64,000 nucleotides of DNA, taken from NCBI GenBank assembly GCA_964016885.1, contig OZ024757.1, positions 24,428,001 to 24,492,000 on the forward strand. The letters are read 5' to 3'. The stretch is from Eledone cirrhosa. Lineage: Eukaryota. Both the position numbers and the translations under genes were made by a program. The notes beneath the pieces were generated by a model. It searched no databases. It was not told the DNA's origin and saw only the letters and a program-made list of their open reading frames with translations. Numbering within the stretch: the stretch's first letter is position 1; every line of letters begins with the position of its first letter. This document shows, piece after piece, positions 1-10,495 of the stretch.

Positions 1-395
1 CTTCCTAGTTTTCCCTGTAGCAGCTCTGTTGTCTTTAAATGTTTTTAATGTATTTAAATGTTTCTTTCAAGATTGATTCAATTCTTCAGCAGTGTTAAAT
101 ATTTTCTGAAACTGTTGTAAATTAATTTTGTATTCCAGAACAGATTCTAAGGGTGTGTGTCTCCTATGAGGTTTTCTCTGGTGTTTTAACGATAGGGTCC
201 ACAGCCCAATTACCCGATCCCCGCCCCTACATATATATATATGTTAGGGTAGTCCGTAATCACAGGCGGTGTTAATGTGTTTTTGCACATATAAATTCGC
301 ATATCTGATGAGAAGTCGAGGTAGAGTCGGGCCCCTGTCATTTTGATTGTACCCTGAGATGATCGATACTAATATGATTGCAATATGCAAAGTTT
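1..395 (+). mobile_element. Dispersed repeat ending in a Penelope-like pseudo-LTR with a degenerate hammerhead motif
   Basis: Homologous to 4180-4945; its 5' part also occurs inverted at ~16750-16900 and ~20340-20500. Contains gcatat-CTGATGA...GATAC...atatgc (299-388), a hammerhead layout with GAAAC decayed. Confidence 0.45.
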
Positions 396-576
396 ATATA
401 TATGTACACATACAAACTCACACACAAACACAGATATATATGTAAGTATATATATTATCATCACCGTTTTACATTCGTTCTTCCACGTTAGCATGGATTA
501 GACGGGTTGTCCTGTTTTGGGCTGTGCCCGTGGGGGCCTAATATATGTATATATATATATGTGTATATATGTACAG

Positions 577-1998
577 CATCATCATTTTACGTCCGCTTCT
601 CCCTGCTTGCAAGGGTGGGACGGGTCCTATTCAGGCCAGCATCTCTCCACTTGTCACGGTCCTTCGTCATCTCCACCGTGAGCTTCAGCTATCTGAGGTC
701 TGCCCTCACCACCTTCACCCATGTTTTTCGTGGTCTTTCTTCTACTGGGATTTCTTGGCACTTCTTTACCCAGCGGTCATCCTCCATGCGCATCACATGT
801 CCATACCATCTCGGTCTTCTCTCCTGCACACCACAACTTACCCCTCTTATACTCAGTTACTCTCTCAACTCGTCCATGCTTGGTCGTTCACGCACATTCA
901 CAGTGCACATCTAACGGAGAATGCTTGCTTCCTTGCTGTCCGTAAACGGCCTCCCGTACGCAGGGAGAAACGCTTCTTTGTCAACAGAGGAAGCAGCTCC
1001 CTAAACTTCTTCCAGCCTGTCCTTATTCTAGATACTATGGCATCGGAACACCCTCCTCCCATGCTAATCTGATCACTTAGGTACCGGAAGCTATCAACCA
1101 CTTCTATAGCACCCACCTGCATTTTAAAAATGTGTCTACCACTGCGACTTCTACTGTCTAATTTCCCTGTAGATCTAATGCATACGTATTTCTCTCTACC
1201 TGTTAGTTTTCCTGCTATCCCACTACATCCCTTGTGTACCCAAGATCTCCATTGCGTACATTTTATAGAATTTATGCCAGTTCCTTGCTACATACCAAAC
1301 ACGGCCATTTCCCTGGCGGAATCAGAGTTTTGTCTTCTTTTCTATTCAACACTTTTGTCTTAGCTAGGTTCACTCTCAGTCCTCTTAATTCCAGCTGCTG
1401 TTTCCATAGCCAGAATTTATTCTCTAGCTCCTCTACTGATTCTGCTATAAGAACCAGATCGTCAGCATAGAGAAGTTCCCATGGACAGCCAGTCTTAAAC
1501 TCCTCAGTTATGGCTTGGAGGACTATAATGAACAAGAGCGGGCTGAGGCGAACCTTGATGTACTCCTACTTGTATCTGGAATTCCTCAATAAACACCATT
1601 CCTACTCTCACTTTACTGACAGCACCTCTGTACAAAGCTTGCACTGTCCTCACAAGCCATTCCTCAACACCTAGTTTCCTTAGGCACCACCAGATGACAG
1701 ATCGGGGTACCTATGAAAACCCTTCTCTAGGTCAACAACAGTTAAGTATAGTGGCTTATTCTTCTCTAAGAACCTCTCTTGTAGTTGCCTAACTAAGAAG
1801 AGGGCATCTGTTGTACTTTTCCCAGGCACAAAACCAAACTGCATCTCATCTAATTTGACCCTTTCTCTAATTAGTTGCACTAATATTCTCTCTGACACTT
1901 TCATAACCTGATACATCAGTTTTAATGCCCCTATAATTTCTCCTCTCTAGAGCATCCCCTTTACCTTTGTAGCAATTTATGAGAATACTGCTGCACCA
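577..1998 (-). mobile_element. 5'-truncated, frameshifted RTE-clade LINE (RT and C-terminal region)
   Basis: ORF fragments INCYKGKGDALERRNYRGIK, MQFGFVPGKSTTDALF, WELLYADDLVLIAES, VDSFRYLSDQI; (GAT)n tail at ~577-585. Confidence 0.93.
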
Positions 1999-2111
1999 GT
2001 ATGTATGTATATATATATATATGTATATGTATGTATATATATGTATATGAATATACATATGTATGTATATATATGTGTATATGTATGCATAATTATCTGA
2101 CAGGAAGGTAT

Positions 2112-2154
2112 ACGATGCTGACGATAGCTAATAAGCTTGAAACTAGTTCATCGT
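2112..2154 (+). ncRNA. Minimal type I hammerhead ribozyme (Penelope/retrozyme-like)
   Basis: Stem I acgatg/catcgt, core CTGACGA, stem II agc/gct, GAAA, palindromic stem III aactagtt, cleavage triplet GUU. The base of stem II is a T-T mismatch. Confidence 0.7.
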
Positions 2155-2536
2155 TACTGTGTCAGTGTTGAACAAAAAGGCGACGATGTTTGCCTGAACA
2201 CTGTACGGCGTAATTCGGGCTGTTTGTTTACAAACAAACCGAACATTATAATAAATGTTCGGTAAACCCATACGTACATATATATATATATGTGTGCATG
2301 TATGTATATATATACATACTATTGTACGTCTGTATACGTATATGCATACTTACATTTAAGTATCAGCCGTACAGAGAGTGAGAAATTAAATTTCGTTTCA
2401 TTCTTTTCCATTTATATATATATGTGTATATGCATATATATATGTGTGTGTATATATATATGTATATAGATACATATATATATATATGTGTGTGTATATA
2501 TATAAGTATATACACATATATGTGTATATATATATA

Positions 2537-4090
2537 TAGGCATAATTCCGTCTTCAAGAAGATGCCTCACATTCATTCACCTTCGGTGGATATATCCTTG
2601 GCCAGGAGGTGTTGATGTCACCTGCTCTAAAATGCAACAAGAGGCCCTTTCTGATACCTCCCCGCATCCTGCCAACTGCAGCCATCTTCCCTCTTCCTGT
2701 CATTCCAATGCAGTGAGCATTTTCCATACTGAGTAAGCCGGGAATCCCCTGTAGCCCACCTCCACCCTCGTTATCTTCTGGGGCTCTCCTTTCTTTGATT
2801 TCGGTTTAAAGTGGAGTTTGAGTCTGCAGCGTACGAGGCGATGGTCGGTGTGACATTCGGCACTGGGCATCACTCTGCTATGTAAGAGGTCTTTCAGGTC
2901 ACATCAGCGCCCTAGGATATAATCAATGATGTGCCAGTGTTTGGAACAAAGATGAATGCAGGTTGTTTTCAAACGGTCCTTCTGCTGCAAGATTATCTGC
3001 TTTGCAGAACTCCGCCAACAAGCATCCTCTGTCATTGCAGTTACCAACACCCTGTCTCATAAGCAATCCCTCCCAGGCTATTGAATCTCGGCCGACGGCG
3101 TTGAAATGTCCACAGGGGTGACCTGTAAGAGACTGTGCACATCAAAGTAAAACTTGTTCTTGTCTGCAGGATCTGCTTGAAGAGTGTGGTATATAGTTGA
3201 TTACTGAGTGGGATGGACATAGAGATGATGCGGTCAGAATGACCTGCTGGCAGGTTTTCAAGCTTGGAAGTGATAGAACTCCTGACCATGAAACCCACTC
3301 CTGAAAGGCGTCTCACTGCTGCTGGTTTACTTGACCAGTAGAGGGTGTATCTGGTGCTATGGTTTTGTAGGTGGCCTTGACCAGTAGAGGGTGTATCTGG
3401 TGCCATGGTCTTGTAGGTGGCCTTGTCCAGTAGAGGGTGTATATATTGCTATGCTCTTGTAGGTGTCCTTGACCAGTAGCGGTTGTATCTGTTGCTATGC
3501 TCTTGTCGGTGGTCTTGACTAGTAGCGGGTGTATCTGTTGCTATGGTTTTGTAAGTGGCCTTACTCTAGGAAGTGGACCTCACTGAGAGCATCAATGTCA
3601 ATATTCAGTGTTGACAGTTGGTGTGTGATTAGAAGAGATTGACATACTCAGGGTGACCCTGTCTGGCAAGGTCCTGAGGTTCCAGCATGTGGTTTTCAGT
3701 CCATTGAAGGTTGGTGTTTACCTTTTATTCTTTGTTGATTTCCGGCCACATGAAACGATGCCCGTTGACCACTGGGTGGTGTAGGAGACGACCTGGGGGA
3801 ATATCTCCATCTTCTTCAAACTTACTTCCAGTCTAGAGAGCCGGAAGTGATACGCAGCAAGACTCATTCTCTGTGATAAAAGAATGGGCCTGCATTTTAA
3901 CGTCCCCCATATACAGTATACTGTGGTTTTGGACAACTTTTGTAGACCCCTCTCCATATGGAGCAAGCAGTACTGTGCCTAGAGAAGGCTGCCTGGTCAT
4001 TCAGGGTGTGCCGAACGATATTGTCCCCGGATCAAATCAAACGACGAGATCCCCTCCATATAGGAGTGGGACTACGGCTTCCACTGTTGA
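2537..4090 (-). mobile_element. Degraded RTE-BovB-like LINE (5' region and AP endonuclease) joined to a Hero-like 3' fragment
   Basis: Minus-strand translation gives YTLYWSSKP, RLSGVGFMVRSSI, WHIIDYIL, ECHTDHRLV (APE motifs); 2540-2790 is similar to the Hero-like block at 5060-5420. Confidence 0.75.
3331..3562. repeat. 46-bp tandem repeat (~5 copies) inside the LINE endonuclease remnant
   Basis: ttgaccagtagagggtgtatctggtgctatggttttgtaggtggcc recurs at 3331, 3377 and onward. Confidence 0.9.
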
Positions 4091-4260
4091 AAATAAACAA
4101 TAAAATGTAGGGATTTAATAATAAAATTCAACATGGTTCTTTTTATTCACAAAAAATATATCTAGTGTAGTTTTTTTTAAACTCTTCCTAGTTTTCCCTG
4201 TAGCAGCTCTGTTACCTGTATTTAAATACTTCTTTCAAGATTGATATCAAAGACCGTAAA

Positions 4261-4620
4261 TATCTAACGACAGCAACAGTTGACTAATAAAATGACAAGT
4301 CGGTCAATCATATTGGTGGCCACCCCACAGCCCCGGCGGACAGAATGGAGAAGGTGTTTCCCTGGAGGACGGCAAGGGAGACACGCTGGAAAAGCCATTC
4401 CAACCCGCGAGGCTCACACCTGCAGCTGGCCAACTCAGCGCCTATGGTGGTGAGTAGGGAGGTAGGCCTAGGGCCGAGGACACGAGAAGTCTCCATTGCC
4501 AAGGGTACGACCGCAAACCTGTCGGAGAGTGACCGGTTTTGGGAAAGTTTGGCCTCCTCAGTCGGACATGCAGCAGAACCTGGGTTATTCGCAGACTGCA
4601 CCAGGTTGTGGCTGGGGTAA
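4261..4620 (-). mobile_element. CRE-type non-LTR retrotransposon 3' fragment (restriction-like endonuclease end)
   Basis: ORF 4308-4601 FAVVPLAMETSRVLGP...WLFQRVSLAVLQGN matches the CRE RLE C-terminus; it interrupts a dispersed repeat with gtaaa on both sides. Confidence 0.8.
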
Positions 4621-5057
4621 ATGTTGCTTCAATACTTCAACAGAGGTAAATATTTTCTGAAACTGGTGTAAATTAATTTTGTATTCTGGAGCAGATTCTC
4701 GGGGTGTGTCTCCTATGAATTTTTCTCGGGTGTTTTAACGATAGGGTCCACAGTTCAGTTACTCTATCCCCACCACCTGCACATATGTTAGGTAAGATTC
4801 TAATGAAAGTTACAGGCGGTGTTTATTATGCACATATAAACTCGCATATCTGATGTGATATCGAGGTAGGGTCGGCCCCCTGTCATTTTGATTGTACTCT
4901 GAGATGATCGATATTGATACGATTGCAATATGCCAATAAAGTTTATATATATATGAGCGAGACACGGTCACCCAGCCCAACTTGCCTCTAAATGGGACAA
5001 ACCCGTATAACCCATGCTAGTGTGGAAGATAGACGTTAAACGATGATGATATATATA

Positions 5058-5790
5058 TAGGCATAATTACGTCCTCGTGTGCCTCACATTCATTCCCCTT
5101 CGGTGGACATAGCCTTGGCCAGCAGGTGCTGATGTCACCCCGCCGTGTTCTACGTTCATTGGGACTTTTGACCCTCAACCGTATCACCCTCTCGCTGGTG
5201 GGTCAGCAGTGGTGGCCAAATTACTACCCATTATCGCCACCAAGCTTCCAGCTTATCCCCTCTCTCCTGCTCCAAAGCCAACGGGAGGCCTTCTTCTCTC
5301 GTCCTGTCATTCCACTGAGCCAAGAATCCCTGCAGCCCACCTCGACTGGAAATAGCCATACCTGCGAACCTTTCTCGCTACACTCCAGCACAAGTTCTTG
5401 ATATTTGCTCCTCCTGTCACGAACCTCTATAGAGAGTTGAGATTGATCCTGGGCAGGCGATGATCCTTCATCCGAGAGACGTGCCCTGTCCAGCGTACTA
5501 GGGAGTTCAGCTTCGTGTTTAATCTTCCACACGTTAGTACAGTCTTCCAAATTCACTGCTCACCTTTGCCAGTCTGCTGCTGACTTCTCTGTCGATCTTG
5601 GCACCCGATGTGATGGTGCACCCCAGGTAGGTGAAATGACGGACTGTTTTCAGTTCAGTCTCGCCAACGGTGATATGGGGAGGGTGGTACCCTTCCTGAG
5701 GTGCAGGCTGGTGGAATACCTCCATCTTACAGTCCAGAAGCTGGAAGTGATACGCAGGAAGAGTCTTTCTCGGTGATAAAAGAATGGAGT
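5058..5790 (-). mobile_element. Composite LINE remnant: RTE-BovB RT piece plus Hero-like RLE C-terminus (copy 1)
   Basis: LKTVRHFTYLGCTITSGAKIDREV (RTE) and SKYQELVLECSEKGSQVWLFPVEVGCR...KASRWLW (Hero-like RLE). Confidence 0.75.
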
Positions 5791-8700
5791 TGTATTTTAA
5801 CGCCCCTGATATACCGTGTATTGTGTTAGCTGTCCCTTTTCCTATGGCAGCTGTTACGTCTAATGTAAGGCTAGGTGTGTCTTATATATAGTGTATTGTG
5901 GTAGCTTCCCCTTTATACGACCCATAATTACATCTGTCCCTCACGCCACACGGCCCAGAGTTGCAGCTTATAAAAAGGTGAACCTGTCTTTTAATGTCCC
6001 TGATATACAGTTGTAGCAGCCCCTCTGTATTACATCTAATATAAGAATGGGTCTGTCTTTTAACACCCCTGATATACAGTATATTGTTGTAGCTGCCTCT
6101 CCATACGGTTGCAGTTACATCTAAGTATGGGTTTGTCCCTTAACGGCCCACTGTTACATTTAATATAATGTTGGGTCTGTCTATACATACAACCCACAAT
6201 TACATCTAATGTAAGGATGTATCTGTCTTTTAACATCCCTGATATACAGTATATTGTAATAGCTACCCCTCCATATGGTCTATAGTTATATCTAAAGATA
6301 GGTCTGTCTTTTAACATCCCTGATATACAGTATATTGTAATAGCTACCCCTCCATATGGTCTATAGTTATATCTAAAGATGGGTCTATCTTTTAACATCC
6401 CTGATATACAGTATATTGTAATAGCTACCCCTCCATATGGTCTATAGTTATATCTAAAGATAGGTCTGTCTTTTAACATCACTGATATACAGTATATTGT
6501 GCTAGCTGTCCCTCCATATGGCCCCTAATTACATCTGATATAATGTTGGGTCTGTCTCTACCTCCATACGGCCCACAGCTGTAGCTTATAAAAAGGTGGA
6601 CCTTTCCTATAACGTCCCTGATATACAGTGGTAGCAGCCCCTCTACATCCCACAATTACATCTATGGTTGGGCCTGTCTTTTAACGTCCCTGATATACAG
6701 TACATTGTAATAGCTACCCCTCCATACGGGCTATAGTTATATCTAAAGATGGTTCTGTCATTTAACGTCCCTGATATACAGTATATTGTAATAGCTACCC
6801 CTCCATATGGTCTATAGTTATATCTAAAGATGGGTCTGTCTTTTAACATCCCTGATATACAGTATATTGTAATAGCTACCCCTCCATATGGTCTATAGTT
6901 ATATCTAAAGATGGGTCTGTCTTTTAACATCCCTGATATACAGTATATTGTAATAGCTACCCCTCCATATGGTCTATAGTTATATCTAAAGATGGGTCTG
7001 TCTTTTAACATCCCTGATATACAGTATATTGTAATAGCTACCCCTCCATATGGTCTATAGTTATATCTAAAGATGGGTCTGTCTTTTAACATCCCTGATA
7101 TACAGTATATTGTAATAGCTACCTCTCCATATGGTCTATAGTTATATCTAAAGATGGTTCTGTCATTTAACGTCCCTGATATACAGTATATTGTAATAGC
7201 TACCCCTCCATATGGTCTATAGTTATATCTAAAGATGGTTCTGTCATTTAACGTCCCTGATATACAGTATATTGTAATAGCTACCTCTCCATATGGTCTA
7301 TAGTTATATCTAAAGATGGGTCTGTCTTTTAACATCCCTGATATACAGTATATTGTAATAGCTACCCCTCCATATGGTCTATAGTTATATCTAAAGATGG
7401 GTCTGTCTTTTAACATCCCTGATATACAGTATATTGTAATAGCTACCCCTCCATACGGGCTATAGTTATATCTAAAGATGGTTCTGTCATTTAACGTCCC
7501 TGATATACAGTATATTGTAATAGCTACCTCTCCATATGGTCTATAGTTATATCTAAAGATGGGTCTGTCTTTTAACATCCCTGATATACAGTATATTGTA
7601 ATAGCTACCCCTCCATACGGGCTATAGTTATATCTAAAGATGGTTCTGTCATTTAACGTCCCTGATATACAGTATATTGTAATAGCTACCTCTCCATATG
7701 GTCTATAGTTATATCTAAAGATGGGTCTGTCTTTTAACATCCCTGATATACAGTATATTGTAATAGCTACCCCTCCATATGGTCTATAGTTATATCTAAA
7801 GATGGTTCTGTCATTTAACGTCCCTGATATACAGTATATTGTAATAGCTACTCCTCCATATGGTCTATAGTTATATCTAAAGATGGGTCTGTCTTTTAAC
7901 GTCCCTGATATACAGTATATTGTAATAGCTACCCCTCCATATGGTCTATAGTTATATCTAAAGATGGGTCTATCTTTTAACATCCCTGATATACAGTATA
8001 TTGTAATAGCTACCCCTCCATACGGTCTATAGTTATATCTAAAGATAGGTCTGTCTTTTAACATCACTGATATACAGTATATTGTGCTAGCTGTCCCTCC
8101 ATATGGCCCCTAATTACATCTGATATAATGTTGGGTCTGTCTCTACCTCCATACGGCCCACAGCTGTAGCTTATAAAAAGGTGGACCTTTCCTATAACGT
8201 CCCTGATATACAGTGGTAGCAGCCCCTCTGTACATCCCACAATTACATCTATGGTTGGGCCTGTCTTTTAACGTCCCTGATATACAGTACATTGTAATAG
8301 CTACCCCTCCATACGGGCTATAGTTATATCTAAAGATGGTTCTGTCATTTAACGTCCCTGATATACAGTATATTGTAATAGCTACCCCTCCATATGGTCT
8401 ATAGTTATATCTAAAGATAGTTCTGTCATTTAACGTCCCTGATATACAGTATATTGTAATAGCTACCCCTCCATATGGTCTATAGTTATATCTAAAGATG
8501 GGTCTGTCTTTTAACATCCCTGATATACAGTATATTGTAATAGCTACCCCTCCATATGGTCTATAGTTATATCTAAAGATGGGTCTGTCTTTTAACGTCC
8601 CTGATATACAGTATATTGTAATAGCTACCCCTCCATATGGTCTATAGTTATATCTAAAGATAGTTCTGTCATTTAACGTCCCTGATATACAGTATATTGT

Positions 8701-9710
8701 GGGAGCTGCCCGCTGTTACAGCTAATATAGTTGTTTCTACTTTTGGCACAAGGCCAGCAATTATCCCAGTGTATTACTGGTACTTTATTTTATCGACCCC
8801 TTAAGGATGAAAGGCAAAGTTAACCTCGGCGGGTTTTGAACTCAGTCCGTAAAGGGACGTAACTGTGCTGCAAAGCATGGCGTCCGATCCTCTACTGATA
8901 CTGCCAATCCACCGCCCTTGTTACATCTAATATAATGTCTGTCCGTCCGTCTATCTTTACAACCCACAATTACATCTAATGTAAGGATATGTCTGTCTTT
9001 TAACGTCCCTTATATACAGAGTATTGTGGTAGCTCTCTCTCCATACGGTCTATAGTTATATCTAAAGATGGCCTGTCTTTTAACACCCCTCATATACAGT
9101 GTATTGTGGTAGACGTCCCTCTATACGGCAGCAGTTACATCTAAGTTTGGGTCTGTCTCTCGCTCCGTACGGCCCACAGTTGCAGCTTATAAAAGGTTAG
9201 GCCTGTCTCTTAACATCCCAAGAACTGGGGTCATCTGTCAATGGCACACTTTACCCTTCCCCTGTGTCCACACCCTTAAACCTGTAATCCATCAATACGG
9301 CCCACAGTTGCAGTTATAAAAAGGTGAACCTGTCTTTTAACATCCCAAGAACTGGGTTCATGTGTCAAAGGCACACATTACCGTCCCCTCCCCTTTGACA
9401 ACACCCTTAAACCTGGAATCCATCGAGGTATGTATTGGTCACATATTGTGATAACTGTCCCTCTATACGGCAGCTGCTACTTCTAAGGGTGTGTTTGTCT
9501 TTTAACGCCCCTGATATCCAGTATATTGTGGTAGCTGTCCCTCTAGACGGCCCACAGTTGTAGCTTATAAAAAGATGGACCTGTCTTTTAATGTCCCTGA
9601 TATACAGTGGAAGCAACCCCTCTGTACATCCCACAATTAAATCTAATATAAGGATGTGTCTGTCTTATAACGTCCATGCTGCCCACAGTTACATCTAATA
9701 TAATGTTGGG
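5790..9710. repeat. 81-bp satellite; homogeneous core ~6220-8700, degenerate flanks
   Basis: Unit acatccctgatatacagtatattgtaatagctacccctccatatggtctatagttatatctaaagatgggtctgtctttta; 27-aa periodicity in ORFs 6060-6482, 6643-8067, 8143-8517. Confidence 0.95.
8730..8918 (-). mobile_element. tRNA-derived SINE with MetaSINE-like central domain
   Basis: Reverse complement contains B-box-like gagttcaaaacc and ctttcatcctt..ggggtcgataaaataaagtaccag; further copies near 17630, 21300, 34230, 46560, 61845. Confidence 0.8.
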
Positions 9711-9768
9711 TCTGAGACTCGGCTCAACTTGCCTTTAAATGAGTCAAACGATGATGATGATATATATA

Positions 9769-10495
9769 TAGGCATAATTACGTCCTCGTGTGCCTCACAT
9801 TCATTCCCCTTCGGTGGACATAGCCTTGGCCAGCAGGTGCTGATGTCACCCCGACGTGGTCTACGTTCATTGGGACTTTTGACCCTCAACCGTATCACCC
9901 TCTCGCTGGTGGGTCAGCAGTGGTGGCCAAATTACTACCCATTATCGCCACCAAGCTTCCAGCTTATCCCCTCTCTCCTGCTCCAAAGCCAACGGGAGGC
10001 CTTCTTCTCTCGTCCTGTCATTCCACTGAGCCAAGAATCCCTGCAGCCCACCTCGACTGGAAATAGCCATACCTGCGAACCTTTCTCGCTACACTCCAGC
10101 ACAAGTTCTTGATATTTGCTCCTCCTGTCACGAACCTCTATAGAGAGTTGAGATTGATCCTGGGCAGGCGATGATCCTTCATCCTAGAGTCGTGCCCTGT
10201 CCAGCGTACTAGGGAGTTCAGCTTCGTGTTTAATCTTCCACACGTTAGTACAGTCTTCCAAATTCACTGCTCACCTTTGCCAGTCTCTTGCTGACTTCCC
10301 TGTCGATCTTGGCACCCGATGTGATGGTGCACCCCAGGTAGGTGAAATGACGGACTGTTTTCAGTTCAGTCTCGCCAACGGTGATATGGGGAGAGTGGTA
10401 CCCTTCCTGAGGTGCAGGCTGGTGGAATACCTCCATCTTACAGTCCAGAAGCTGGAAGTGATACGCAGGAAGAGTCTTTCTCGGTGATAAAAGAA
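9769..10495 (-). mobile_element. Composite RTE/Hero-like LINE remnant (copy 2)
   Basis: Near-identical to 5058-5790 at an offset of 4711 bp (ORF 5534 vs 10245). Confidence 0.8.

Noticed and set aside
6060-8517. C2H2 zinc-finger array or reflectin-like gene
   Set aside because: The period is 27 aa with no CxxC/HxxxH pattern or TGEKP linker, and no reflectin motif.
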